Counted from the first letter of the stretch, positions 1 through 7,736 are shown. The stretch: DNA of 21,745 bases from a virus (IMGVR_UViG_3300029102_000023), one strand, 5' to 3'. The notes: generated by a model not told the origin, from the letters alone. Translations and numbers: made by a program.

Positions 1-157
1 GTGTACCGGGTTGAGAAGCGGTGTAAGTGAACTGCAGTTGCCATGTTTTACGGCAGTGAGAGCAGAGATAGCGCTGATGTCCGGCAGTACTTTTACCGTT
101 ACGCACCACGCCTTCAGTAGCTGAGCAGGAGGGACAACTGATGGAGATGGAAGCCAC
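1..157 (-). CDS. insA: IS1 InsA, N-terminal fragment (52 codons, 5' partial at window edge)
   Basis: Minus-strand translation from GTG at 157 gives (M)[51 protein letters not shown], matching the InsA zinc-finger N-terminus; runs off the window start. Confidence 0.75.
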   Translation of the reverse strand, partial: MASISISCPSCSATEGVVRNGKSTAGHQRYLCSHCRKTWQLQFTYTASQPGT

Positions 158-212
158 GGGAGCACCTCAAAAACACCATCATACACTAAATCAGTAAGTT
201 GGCACCATTACC
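1..212 (-). mobile_element. IS1 insertion sequence, partial (insA-proximal end; remainder lies outside the window)
   Basis: Positions 1-212 match my recollection of the IS1 end including the terminal inverted repeat (ggcaccattacc ending at 212) and the 5' part of insA on the minus strand. Element is cut by the window edge. Confidence 0.8.
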
Positions 213-254
213 CTGAATTGTTGGTTAATACGCTTGAGGGTGAATGCGAATAAT

Positions 255-275
255 AAAAAAGGAGCCTGTAGCTCC
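255..275 (-). terminator. Rho-independent terminator candidate on the leftward transcript
   Basis: Inverted repeat GGAGC(261-265)/GCTCC(271-275) with 5-nt loop; A6 run at 255-260 on plus strand gives a T-run after the hairpin on the minus strand; lies just downstream of the 298-579 gene. Confidence 0.5.
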
Positions 276-297
276 CTGATGATTTTGCTTTTCATGT

Positions 298-579
298 TCA
301 CCGTTCCTTAAAGACGCCGTTTAACATGCCGATCGCCAGGCTTAAATGAGTCGGTGTGAATCCCATCAGCGTTACCGTTTCGCGGTGCTTCTTTAGTACG
401 CTACGGCAAATGTCATCGACGTTTTTATCCGGAAACTGCTGTCTGGCTTTTTTGATTTCAGAATTAGCCTGACGGGCAATGCTGCGAAGGGCGTTTTCTT
501 GCTGAGGTGTCACTGAACAAGCCCCATGTCGGCAAGCATAAGCACACAGAATATGAAGCCCGCTGCCAGAAAAATGCAT
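298..579 (-). CDS. Hypothetical protein, 93 aa (position of lambda b-region small ORFs, orf60a-like position)
   Basis: Intact ORF in the six-frame track, same strand and operon as exo/bet; family not recognised. Confidence 0.5.
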   Translation of the reverse strand: MHFSGSGLHILCAYACRHGACSVTPQQENALRSIARQANSEIKKARQQFPDKNVDDICRSVLKKHRETVTLMGFTPTHLSLAIGMLNGVFKER

Positions 580-589
580 TCAGTGGTTG

Positions 590-781
590 TCATACCTGGT
601 CTCTCTCATCTGCTTCTGCTTTCGCCACCATCATTTCCAGCTTTTGTGAAAGGGATGTGGCTAACGTATGAAATTCTTCGTCTGTTTCTACTGGTATTGG
701 CACAAACCTGACTCCAATTTGAGCAAGGCTATGTGCCATCTCAATACTCGTTCTTAACTCAACAGGAGATGCTTTGTGCAT
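590..781 (-). CDS. Small lambda-type hypothetical protein, 63 aa (orf61/orf63 family by position)
   Basis: [26 protein letters not shown]...; overlaps next ORF by 28 nt as in the lambda orf61/orf63 pair; name assignment from memory and uncertain. Confidence 0.5.
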   Translation of the reverse strand: MHKASPVELRTSIEMAHSLAQIGVRFVPIPVETDEEFHTLATSLSQKLEMMVAKAEADERDQV

Positions 782-942
782 ACCGCCTCCCGTTTATTAT
801 TTATCTTCTCAGCCAGCCGCTGTGCTTTCAGTGGATTTCTGATAACAGAAAGGCCGGGAAATACCCAGCCTCGCTTTGTAACGGAGTAGACGAAAGTGAT
901 CGCGCCTACCCGGATATTATCGTGAGGATGCGTCATCGCCAT
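754..942 (-). CDS. Small lambda-type hypothetical protein, 62 aa (orf63/orf61 family by position)
   Basis: ORF starts 10 nt inside the exo 3' end on the same strand, typical compact lambda arrangement. Confidence 0.5.
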   Translation of the reverse strand: MAMTHPHDNIRVGAITFVYSVTKRGWVFPGLSVIRNPLKAQRLAEKINNKREAVCTKHLLLS

Positions 943-1613
943 TGCTCCCCAAATACAAAACTAATTTCAGCCAGTGCCTCGTCCATTTTTTCGATGAACT
1001 CCGGCACCATCTCGTCAAAACTCGCCATGTACTTTTCATCCCGCTCAACCACGACATAATGCAGTCCTTCACGCTTCATACGCGGGTCATAGTTGGCAAA
1101 GTACCAGGCATCTTTTCGCGTCACCCACATGCTGTACTGCACCTGGGCCATGTAAGCCGATTTTATGGCCTCGAAACCACCGAGCCGGAACTTCATGAAA
1201 TCCCGGGAGGTAAACGGGCATTTCAGCTCAAGGCCGTTGCCGTCACTGCATAAACCATCGGGAGAGCAGGCGGTGCGCATACTTTCGTCGCGATAGATGA
1301 TCGGGGATTCAGTAACATTCACGCCGGAAGTAAACTCAAACAGGGCTCTGGCGTCGTTCTCGTACTGTTTTCCCCAAGCCAGCGCCTTAGCGTTAACTTC
1401 CGGAGCCACACCGGTGCAAACCTCAGCAAGCAGGGTGTGGAAGTAGGACATTTTCATGTCAGGCCATTTCTTTCCGGAGCGGGGTTTTGCTATCACGTTG
1501 TGAACTTCTGAAGCGGTGATGACGCCGAGCCGTAATTTGTGCCATGCATCATCCCCCTGTTCGACAGCTCTCACGTCGATCCCGGTACGCTGCAGGATAA
1601 TGTCCGGTGTCAT
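933..1613 (-). CDS. exo: Lambda-type 5'-3' exonuclease (Red alpha)
   Basis: 226 aa protein [43 protein letters not shown]... matches lambda Exo over its length as I recall it; 4-nt overlap with bet. Confidence 0.97.
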   Translation of the reverse strand: MTPDIILQRTGIDVRAVEQGDDAWHKLRLGVITASEVHNVIAKPRSGKKWPDMKMSYFHTLLAEVCTGVAPEVNAKALAWGKQYENDARALFEFTSGVNVTESPIIYRDESMRTACSPDGLCSDGNGLELKCPFTSRDFMKFRLGGFEAIKSAYMAQVQYSMWVTRKDAWYFANYDPRMKREGLHYVVVERDEKYMASFDEMVPEFIEKMDEALAEISFVFGEQWR

Positions 1614-2395
1614 GCTGCCACCTTCTGCTCAGTGGCTTTCTGTTTCAGGAATCCAAGAGCTTTCACTGCTTCGGCCTGTGTCAGTTCTGACGATGCGCGA
1701 ATGTCGCGGCGAAATATCTGGGAACAGAGCGGCAATAAGTCGTCATCCCATGTTTTATCCAGGGCGATCAGCAGAGTGTTAATCTCCTGCATGGTTTCAT
1801 CGTTAACCGGAGTGATGTCGCGTTCCGGCTGACGTTCTGCAGTGTATGCGGTATTTTCGACAATGCGCTCGGCTTCATCCTTGTCATAGATACCAGCAAA
1901 TCCGAAGGCGAGACGGGCACACTGAATCATGGCTTTATGCCGTAACATCCGTTTGGGATGCGACTGCCACGGCCCCGTGATTTCTCTGCCTTCGCGGGTT
2001 TTGAATGGTTCGCGGCGGCATTCATCCATCCACTCGGTAACGCAGATCGGATGATTGCGGTCTTTGCGGTAAATCCGGCATGTACATGATTCATTGTCCT
2101 GCTCAAAGTCCATACCATCAAACTGCTGGTTTTCATTGATGATGCGGGACCAGCCATCAACGCCCACCACCGGAACAATGCCGTTCTGCTTATCAGGGAA
2201 GGCGTAAATTTCTTTCGTCCACGGATTAAGGCCGTACTGGTTGGCGACGATCAACAATGCGATGAACTGCGCATCGCTGGCATCACCTTTAAATGCCGTC
2301 TGGCGAAGAGTGGTGATCAGTTCCTGTGGGTCGACAGAATCCATGCCGACACGTTCAGCCAGCTTCCCTGCCAGCGTTGCGAGTGCTGTACTCAT
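1610..2395 (-). CDS. bet: Lambda-type single-strand annealing protein (Red beta)
   Basis: 261 aa [59 protein letters not shown]... matches lambda Bet. Confidence 0.97.
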   Translation of the reverse strand: MSTALATLAGKLAERVGMDSVDPQELITTLRQTAFKGDASDAQFIALLIVANQYGLNPWTKEIYAFPDKQNGIVPVVGVDGWSRIINENQQFDGMDFEQDNESCTCRIYRKDRNHPICVTEWMDECRREPFKTREGREITGPWQSHPKRMLRHKAMIQCARLAFGFAGIYDKDEAERIVENTAYTAERQPERDITPVNDETMQEINTLLIALDKTWDDDLLPLCSQIFRRDIRASSELTQAEAVKALGFLKQKATEQKVAA

Positions 2396-2400
2396 CCGTT

Positions 2401-2697
2401 TTATACCTCTGAATCAATATCAGCCTGATGGTGAGCAATGGTTTCAACTATGTACCGGATGTGTTCTGCCATGCGCTCCTGAAACTCAACATCGTCATCA
2501 AACGCACGGGTAATGGCTTTTTTGCTGGCCCCGTGGCGTTGTAAATGATCGATGCATAGCGATTCAAACAGGTGCTGGGGCAGGCCTTTTTCCATGTCGT
2601 CTGCCAGTTCTGCCTCTTTCTCTTCACGGGCGATCTGCTGGTAGTGACGCGCCCAGCTCTGAGCCTCAAGACGATCCTGAATGTAATAAGCGTTCAT
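2401..2697 (-). CDS. gam: RecBCD inhibitor Gam (98-aa GamS form)
   Basis: [60 protein letters not shown]... matches lambda GamS; AGGAG Shine-Dalgarno immediately upstream. Confidence 0.93.
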   Translation of the reverse strand: MNAYYIQDRLEAQSWARHYQQIAREEKEAELADDMEKGLPQHLFESLCIDHLQRHGASKKAITRAFDDDVEFQERMAEHIRYIVETIAHHQADIDSEV

Positions 2698-2772
2698 GGC
2701 TGAACTCCTGAAAATGGCTGTGAAAATATCGCCCGCGAAATGCCAGGCTGATTAGGAAAACAGGAAAGGGGG

Positions 2773-2916
2773 TTAGTGAATGCTTTTGCTTGATCTCAGT
2801 TTCAGTATTAATATCCATTTTTTATAAGCGTCGACGGCCTCACGAAACATCTTTTCATCGCCAATAAAAGTGGCGATAGTGAATTTAGTCTGGATAGCCA
2901 TAATTGTTTGATCCAT
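2773..2916 (-). CDS. kil: Host-killing protein Kil (FtsZ inhibitor), 47 aa
   Basis: Internal Met of the 2773-3042 ORF gives [47 protein letters not shown], lambda Kil as I recall it; overlaps cIII 3' end. Confidence 0.85.
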   Translation of the reverse strand: MDQTIMAIQTKFTIATFIGDEKMFREAVDAYKKWILILKLRSSKSIH

Positions 2917-3049
2917 TTTTTGGGACTCCTGGCTGATTAAGTATGTCGATAAGGCGTTTCCATCCGTCACGTAATTTACGGGTGATTCGTTCAAGTAAAG
3001 ATTCGGAAGGGCAGCCAGCAACAGGCCACCCTGCAATGGCATATTGCAT
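2885..3049 (-). CDS. cIII: CIII protease inhibitor (FtsH/HflB inhibitor), 54 aa
   Basis: Hand translation of minus strand from ATG at 3049: [54 protein letters not shown], stop TAA at 2885-2887; below the ORF-track length threshold. Confidence 0.85.
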   Translation of the reverse strand: MQYAIAGWPVAGCPSESLLERITRKLRDGWKRLIDILNQPGVPKNGSNNYGYPD

Positions 3050-3121
3050 GGTGTGCTCCTTATTTATACATAACGAAAAACGCCTCGAGTGAAGCGTAAT
3101 TGGTATGCGGTAACGCCGCGC

Positions 3122-3490
3122 TCAGGCGGCCTTGATAGTCATATCATCTGAATCAAATATTCCTGATGTATCGATATCGGTAATTCTTATTCCTTCACTA
3201 CCATCCATTGGAGGCCATCCTTCCTGACCATTTCCATCATTCCAGTCGAACTCACACACAACACCATATGCATTTAAGTCGCTTGAAATTGCTATAAGCA
3301 GAGCATGTTGCGCCAGCATGATTAATACAGCATTTAATACAGAGCCGTGTTTATTGAGTCGGTATTCAGAGTCTGACCAGAAATTATTAATCTGGTGAAG
3401 TTTTTCCTCTGTCATTACGTCATGGTCAATTTCAATTTCTATTGATGCTTTCCAGTCGTAATCAATGATGTATTTTTTGATGTTTGACAT
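3122..3490 (-). CDS. ea10: Lambda Ea10-type protein, 122 aa
   Basis: MSNIKKYIIDYDWKASIEIEIDHDVMTEEKLHQINNFWSDSEYRLNKHG... matches lambda Ea10 from memory; correct position between cIII and ral. Confidence 0.85.
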   Translation of the reverse strand: MSNIKKYIIDYDWKASIEIEIDHDVMTEEKLHQINNFWSDSEYRLNKHGSVLNAVLIMLAQHALLIAISSDLNAYGVVCEFDWNDGNGQEGWPPMDGSEGIRITDIDTSGIFDSDDMTIKAA

Positions 3491-3509
3491 CTATTCATAT
3501 CCTCATAGA

Positions 3510-3536
3510 TAAAAAATCGCCCTCACACTGGAGGGC
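3510..3536 (-). terminator. Rho-independent terminator candidate (tL2-like) between ral and ea10
   Basis: Inverted repeat GCCCTC(3519-3524)/GAGGGC(3531-3536), 6-nt loop; A6 at 3511-3516 on plus strand gives the T-run after the hairpin on the minus strand. Confidence 0.5.
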
Positions 3537-3672
3537 AAAGAAGATTTCCAATAATCAGAACAAGTCGGCTCCTGTTTAGTTACGAGCGACATTGCTCCGT
3601 GTATTCACTCGTTGGAATGAATACACAGTGCAGTGTTTATTCTGTTATTTATGCCAAAAATAAAGGCCACTA

Positions 3673-3873
3673 TCAGGCAGCTTTGTTGTTCTGTTTACCA
3701 AGTTCTCTGGCAATCATTGCCGTCGTTCGTATTGCCCATTTATCGACATATTTCCCATCTTCCATTACAGGAAACATTTCTTCAGGCTTAACCATGCATT
3801 CCGATTGCAGCTTGCATCCATTGCATCGTTTGAATTGTCCACACCATTGATTTGTATCAATAGTCGTAGTCAT
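3673..3873 (-). CDS. ral: Restriction alleviation protein Ral, 66 aa
   Basis: MTTTIDTNQWCGQFKRCNGCKLQSECMVKPEEMFPVMEDGKYVDKWAIRTTAMIARELGKQNNKAA matches lambda Ral. Confidence 0.9.
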   Translation of the reverse strand: MTTTIDTNQWCGQFKRCNGCKLQSECMVKPEEMFPVMEDGKYVDKWAIRTTAMIARELGKQNNKAA

Positions 3874-3943
3874 ACGGATAGTCCTGGTATTGTTCCATCA
3901 CATCTTGAGGATGCTCTTCGAACTCTTCAAATTCTTCTTCCAT
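3857..3943 (-). CDS. Small acidic ORF (lambda orf28-like), 28 aa
   Basis: Hand translation: MEEEFEEFEEHPQDVMEQYQDYPYDYDY, stop TGA at 3857-3859 overlapping the ral start; not in ORF track (too short). Confidence 0.4.
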   Translation of the reverse strand: MEEEFEEFEEHPQDVMEQYQDYPYDYDY

Positions 3944-4086
3944 ATATCACCTTAAATAGTGGATTGCGGTAGTAAAGATTGTGCCTGTCTTTTAACCACA
4001 TCAGGCTCGGTGGTTCTCGTGTACCCCTACAACGAGAAATCGGATAAACTCTATTCACCCCTACAGAGAGCAAAAGAGAAACGCCG

Positions 4087-4668
4087 ATGAACAACTCATG
4101 GTGGCAGGAACTAATGCATTTTTTCCTGCAAGGAATGACACTTAAACAGTTGATTCATATGCTAATCATCCTGATCATATTGATTATTGTTATGCCGGTA
4201 AGCGTAAAAGAATGGATAAACCTGCATAGTCCAGAAATCCTTCCTCATTACTGGATGTATTACATCCTGTTGTTTTGCGTTAGCTATGTGCTTAACGGCG
4301 TTGTTAATTCCGCTTATCACGCTGTGACTGAAAGAATTGAGGTATTCGCTGCTCAGAAGCGCAAATCTAAAGAAGAAAAATATGTGCAAGATTTGTTTGA
4401 TTCGTTAACTCTTGGAGAAAGAGCGTATTTGGCATTCGCTGTAGCCGCTAATAACCAGCTACAAACGGAAAAGGGCGCTCATGAATCAATTTCATTGCTC
4501 AAAAAAGGACTCCTCGTTCGAAGGCCTCCTGCTGTTGGATATCCTGATACCGACCGTTTCGTTATCCCTGAAAGCTATAGACATGAGTGCTACATTAGGT
4601 TTGCCGGGAAGGCAGACAGCCTTATGGATGAACTTATCGCTCAGGATAAGCATGGCAAAAACAAGTAA
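4087..4668 (+). CDS. sieB: Superinfection exclusion protein B (membrane protein)
   Basis: 193 aa with hydrophobic N-terminal segments (LIHMLIILIILIIVMPV, YWMYYILLFCVSYVLNGVV); matches lambda SieB; antisense to the pL operon and convergent with N as in lambda. Confidence 0.9.
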   Translation: MNNSWWQELMHFFLQGMTLKQLIHMLIILIILIIVMPVSVKEWINLHSPEILPHYWMYYILLFCVSYVLNGVVNSAYHAVTERIEVFAAQKRKSKEEKYVQDLFDSLTLGERAYLAFAVAANNQLQTEKGAHESISLLKKGLLVRRPPAVGYPDTDRFVIPESYRHECYIRFAGKADSLMDELIAQDKHGKNK

Positions 4669-4684
4669 TTAGCAAATGAATTTA

Positions 4685-4957
4685 TCATCTCGCCGTCAGT
4701 TGTTTTGATTTCCGGTAGCCTGCCGCGTAAAGAGCTACGTTCGGAAGACAAGTTGAACCTTCATATTTTCTGGTCAACGTTGTCAGAGTTATCACTTCTG
4801 CTCTCATTGCTGGTTTGAGCTTGCATTGCAAGACCACTCGTGAAGGGGTTGGCCTGTGTAGCTTGTCGGAGCTGATCGCCTCCTGACTTTGCAGATTTGC
4901 GCGACGAGCTCTACGGCGAGAAGCTGCGGTGCCTTTAAATTCTGTTTTTCTGGACAT
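4685..4957 (-). CDS. N: N-type transcription antiterminator (non-lambda specificity), 90 aa
   Basis: Position directly downstream of the nutL/pL candidates; arginine-rich motif near the N-terminus (KGTAASRRRARRANLQ); strong GGGAGG Shine-Dalgarno 5 nt before ATG at 4957. The track ORF extends to 5029 but that start lacks an RBS. Confidence 0.6.
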   Translation of the reverse strand: MSRKTEFKGTAASRRRARRANLQSQEAISSDKLHRPTPSRVVLQCKLKPAMRAEVITLTTLTRKYEGSTCLPNVALYAAGYRKSKQLTAR

Positions 4958-5055
4958 GGATTCCTCCCGAATAAACTTTGGCGATGCAATCTCGAAGCTC
5001 CTCCTGAGACGGTTGCTTCGGCATTGCATCCCACAGCTTATGTGGTTGGGTGATC

Positions 5056-5100
5056 TGGCTTTTCAGCCACGTAGTCGAGAGTCGACGTTGTTTAAAGAGC
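5056..5100 (-). promoter_or_regulatory. nutL candidate (boxA GCTCTTTAA plus boxB hairpin TGGCTGAAAAGCCA) on the leftward transcript
   Basis: Minus-strand reading gives GCTCTTTAA...cgactacgt-GGCTGAAAAGCC, nearly parallel to the nutR candidate at 7737-7782 (GCTCTTTG...cctacgt-CGCTGAAAAGCG). Both lie immediately downstream of the divergent early promoters. Confidence 0.5.
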
Positions 5101-5148
5101 CTGCCAGTCTGTTCCATTTGGCTTCCAGCGTCCTGCTGACGGTTAAAT

Positions 5149-5190
5149 AGTACGATATGTACTTTACAAGATCAATACAATTTGTTGTAA
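5149..5190. promoter_or_regulatory. OL/pL region candidate: dyad symmetries AGTACGATATGTACT and TTACAA-N15-TTGTAA
   Basis: Imperfect palindromes upstream of nutL/N; the AGTAC...GTACT motif recurs in the cI-cro intergenic region (AAGTACATATTGTAT). Exact operator boundaries and the -35/-10 elements are not resolved. Confidence 0.35.
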
Positions 5191-5361
5191 GTTGGCGTGG
5201 TTTTTTATAACGCTTTGTATTTAATAGTGTTGTTTTTTAGCGTGGATGTATTGCCTCGGCGATGTAAGGAGAGATCAGAATTGCGTGGTTTAGTGGGTTG
5301 CATCTATTTATTTTTCAATAAATATAATTGGTTATGTGTTTTTAGGTGGGCGAACGTGAGG

Positions 5362-5388
5362 CAAAGAAAACCCGGCGCTGAGGCCGGG
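5362..5388 (-). terminator. Rho-independent terminator downstream of the cI-geneA-geneB operon
   Basis: Inverted repeat CCCGGC(5371-5376)/GCCGGG(5383-5388) with 6-nt loop; A-rich run 5364-5370 on plus strand gives T-run TTTTCTT after the hairpin on the minus strand; 6 nt beyond the gene B stop. Confidence 0.6.
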
Positions 5389-5393
5389 TTGTA

Positions 5394-6146
5394 TTATGCT
5401 GCAAGTCTCTTAACCCAAGTCTCTCTTTTGGAGAATGGTAGAACTTGGCTTGATTCATGGAAGAGTAAGGAGAGTTGTTGCATTTGATCACCAATTGCTT
5501 CGCTGTCTATAACAACAAATCTGTTGTTATACTCCTCACTTGAAGCTTTAAGATCAATTAGTTTCCCAAGCAATGAGTAAGCACTATTCCAGCTTCCTCC
5601 GTGTTTCACGCTTGATGTAAAAACGTATTTAGGTATGTCGGTTTTTATTGTTACAGGGACGGTAATTTGATGTCCACTCAAGCCATATACGTTTTCACGA
5701 AGAGAAAGTGCGTCTCTAAGCTCTGTGTGATATAGATAATCAATAACCATACTTTCAAACTTTTCAGCTTGAACTGGCTGATACCAGTCTAACGACAAAG
5801 TTGATGCGAGTATACCAGCTCTAATTATGTTCGATGTAATCGCACCGACATCCTTTTCTGTTGCCCAAGCAATGATTTCTCCTCGAGCATTGAGTTCTGC
5901 GCCTTCTTTAAGCAGTAATTGTCGTATCTCATCAAGTCGTTTTTTGGTAAGCGAGATCCCTCTTGCCTCCATATTCATTAAGGCATCGCATCTGTCACTA
6001 ACTAAATACCTACCATTGACTTCACGGATAAAGGCACCGACATGCTCTCCATCATCACAGTAAGTGAATGGACTGATAATTCTCAAGGTCTTGCCTATTG
6101 GATGGCATTCGAAACCTAGTTGTGAGATCACTGTTGAGCACATCAT
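5394..6146 (-). CDS. Unknown protein B, 250 aa (second gene of the two-gene cassette in the rexAB-equivalent position)
   Basis: Long intact ORF; ATG at 6146 overlaps the gene A stop (ATGA), indicating translational coupling; no obvious transmembrane segments; family not recognised. Confidence 0.7.
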   Translation of the reverse strand: MMCSTVISQLGFECHPIGKTLRIISPFTYCDDGEHVGAFIREVNGRYLVSDRCDALMNMEARGISLTKKRLDEIRQLLLKEGAELNARGEIIAWATEKDVGAITSNIIRAGILASTLSLDWYQPVQAEKFESMVIDYLYHTELRDALSLRENVYGLSGHQITVPVTIKTDIPKYVFTSSVKHGGSWNSAYSLLGKLIDLKASSEEYNNRFVVIDSEAIGDQMQQLSLLFHESSQVLPFSKRETWVKRLAA

Positions 6147-6700
6147 ATTCCAAACCCCATTTGCCCCGACTCATCTTCAAGCGGTAAAGGTATTCTCCCA
6201 GAGTAAGTTATGTTCAGATGTTTACAGAAGTAATTCCAATACCCTACCAGGTCATCTGGGTTTATGTCATCTTCGATTGGAAACGCTATTCTATCACTAT
6301 AGTATCCAGCTTCTTCATAGTATACATGGTAGTGAGCACCGTAAATGATATCTTGGTACTTCGGATGATCGACCTTGTAACTATTCGTGTGTTTGTCAAA
6401 GTGATAGGTATCTACCGCGAAAACCCTCTTGTTATGATAGAAAGCAATAATATTTATTTTAGGGTAAGAAATCGGGTCATCAGGTTCTGAATCCTGATCT
6501 GGTTTCCATTTCAGTTCAAACTTTAGCCCTTGTATAGGTATACAATCCTCATCCAAGGGGATGATATGGGCTTGTAGCCACATATCAGAGCGACTTGGTT
6601 TCTGTTTCCATTTAACGCCAGAAAAGTTAACTATTTTTTTACAATAAAGTACTTTATCAACTTCTACTTGGCTTGGCTGATAATCATCTATTTTTGCCAA
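6143..6700 (-). CDS. Unknown protein A, 185 aa (first gene of the cassette downstream of cI)
   Basis: Intact ORF 39 nt downstream of the cI stop on the same strand; acidic, Tyr/His-rich, no hydrophobic segments; the track start at 6700 is a TTG codon (next in-frame ATG is at codon 40), so the true start is uncertain. Confidence 0.65.
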   Translation of the reverse strand: MAKIDDYQPSQVEVDKVLYCKKIVNFSGVKWKQKPSRSDMWLQAHIIPLDEDCIPIQGLKFELKWKPDQDSEPDDPISYPKINIIAFYHNKRVFAVDTYHFDKHTNSYKVDHPKYQDIIYGAHYHVYYEEAGYYSDRIAFPIEDDINPDDLVGYWNYFCKHLNITYSGRIPLPLEDESGQMGFGI

Positions 6701-6739
6701 TGTTTACCGCCCTGTAAATTGTAGATAAAAGTGGTTTCA

Positions 6740-7399
6740 TCACCCAAACGTCTCTTCAGGCCATTGGCTGGCGATAACTTTCCCCACAACGGAACAACTC
6801 TCATTGCATGGGATCATTGGGTATTGTGGGTTTAGTGGCTGTAGAAACACCTGACCGCTATCCCTGATCAGTTTCTTGAAGGTAAATTCATCACCACCAA
6901 GTCTGGCTATGCAGAAATCGCCGGGCTCAACAGCTTGCTCAGGGTCAACCAGAATTAACATCCCGTCAGGAAAGCTGGGTTTGGAACCTGTTGGTGCGGT
7001 CATTGAGTTACCTTCAACCTCAAGCCAGAATGCAGAGTCACTGGCTTTTTTGGTTGTGCTTACCAATCTCTCCGCATCGCCTTTGGTAAAGGTTCTGAGT
7101 TCTGGAGAGAACATCCCAGCCTGAACATGAGAAAAAACAGGGTACTCATATTGTTTTTTAACTGGGGCCGATGAGTATTCGCCAACAGGTGAAAATGTCC
7201 CGTCGTGGTTGAATGATATGTTATCAATACCAAGGTATTTAAACACCACACCAATATCACTAAGAGATGGATGACGAGATCCGCGCAACCAGTGTCCAAT
7301 CCCACCCTGCGTCATACCTAGCTCTTCGGCTAACTTCTCTTGAGTTATGCCGAGCTCTTTCATTCTGGATCTAGCCAGTTCATACCATTTCATTTTCAT
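6740..7399 (-). CDS. cI: CI-type prophage repressor (N-terminal HTH, C-terminal LexA/S24-like autocleavage domain)
   Basis: HTH-like segment [23 protein letters not shown]; C-terminal domain with GNSM serine motif and downstream FKKL lysine; divergent from cro. Track ORF begins at a TTG (7441); ATG at 7399 or 7393 more likely, the latter with AAGGA 7 nt upstream. Confidence 0.9.
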   Translation of the reverse strand: MKMKWYELARSRMKELGITQEKLAEELGMTQGGIGHWLRGSRHPSLSDIGVVFKYLGIDNISFNHDGTFSPVGEYSSAPVKKQYEYPVFSHVQAGMFSPELRTFTKGDAERLVSTTKKASDSAFWLEVEGNSMTAPTGSKPSFPDGMLILVDPEQAVEPGDFCIARLGGDEFTFKKLIRDSGQVFLQPLNPQYPMIPCNESCSVVGKVIASQWPEETFG

Positions 7400-7440
7400 G
7401 TCCTTATTATTACGCTCTGTACTGGAACCATCCATGCACA

Positions 7441-7510
7441 ATGTGTATTTTTACTTGTATTCGCAAAGTACATATTGTATTTTTTTATTCGTGTTTACTA
7501 TGGAGGGCAT
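7441..7510. promoter_or_regulatory. OR/pR/pRM region candidate between cI and cro
   Basis: Contains dyads TACTTgtattcgcAAAGTA (7452-7470) and AAGTACATATTGTAT (7466-7480), -35/-10-like hexamers (TTGTAT, TACTAT) and a GGAGGG Shine-Dalgarno before cro. Confidence 0.4.
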
Positions 7511-7726
7511 ATGAGCAACCTACGAAAATATCGAGAGTCACTGAATATCTCTCAAACAACACTTGCTAAGGCAGTTGGATGCACACAGGGAGCTATCGGA
7601 CATTGGGAATCTGGTCGTCGCTTCCCAGACCTTAAAACATGCCGTGCTCTTGTTGCGTGCCTAAACAAGTTAGGCGCAAAAGTCAGTCTTGATGACGTGT
7701 TCCCGCCGGAACACAAAGCCGCTTAA
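7511..7726 (+). CDS. cro: Cro-type HTH transcriptional regulator, 71 aa
   Basis: MSNLRKYRESLNISQTTLAKAVGCTQGAIGHWESGRRFPDLKTCRALVACLNKLGAKVSLDDVF; GGAGGG Shine-Dalgarno upstream; divergent from cI. The track's longer N-terminal extension overlaps the cI start and is rejected. Confidence 0.8.
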   Translation: MSNLRKYRESLNISQTTLAKAVGCTQGAIGHWESGRRFPDLKTCRALVACLNKLGAKVSLDDVFPPEHKAA

Positions 7727-7736
7727 TAAGCGGATC

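Noticed and set aside
942-2513. Plus-strand and alternative-frame ORFs (942-1253, 1516-1782, 1539-1832, 1927-2178, 2241-2513) overlapping exo/bet/gam
   Set aside because: Antisense or out-of-frame to genes with strong lambda homology; no RBS support; typical shadow ORFs.
2401-2818. Annotating gam as the 138-aa long form
   Set aside because: The upstream MDINTE... start is one base out of frame with the intact 98-aa gam ORF in this sequence, so only the short form is called.
4685-5029. Longer 114-aa version of N starting at 5029
   Set aside because: ATG at 4957 has a strong GGGAGG Shine-Dalgarno at ideal spacing; the upstream start has none and would begin almost inside the nutL candidate.
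4929-5487. ORFs 4929-5150 (+), 4935-5117 (-) and 5197-5487 (+) in the N upstream/pL-OL region
   Set aside because: Lie across predicted nutL/operator/promoter sequence and the terminator of the cassette; no RBS; region is better explained as regulatory DNA.
7340-7726. 128-aa extended Cro ORF starting at 7340
   Set aside because: The N-terminal extension overlaps the cI start on the other strand and the operator region; the ATG at 7511 has a GGAGGG Shine-Dalgarno and gives a typical 71-aa Cro.
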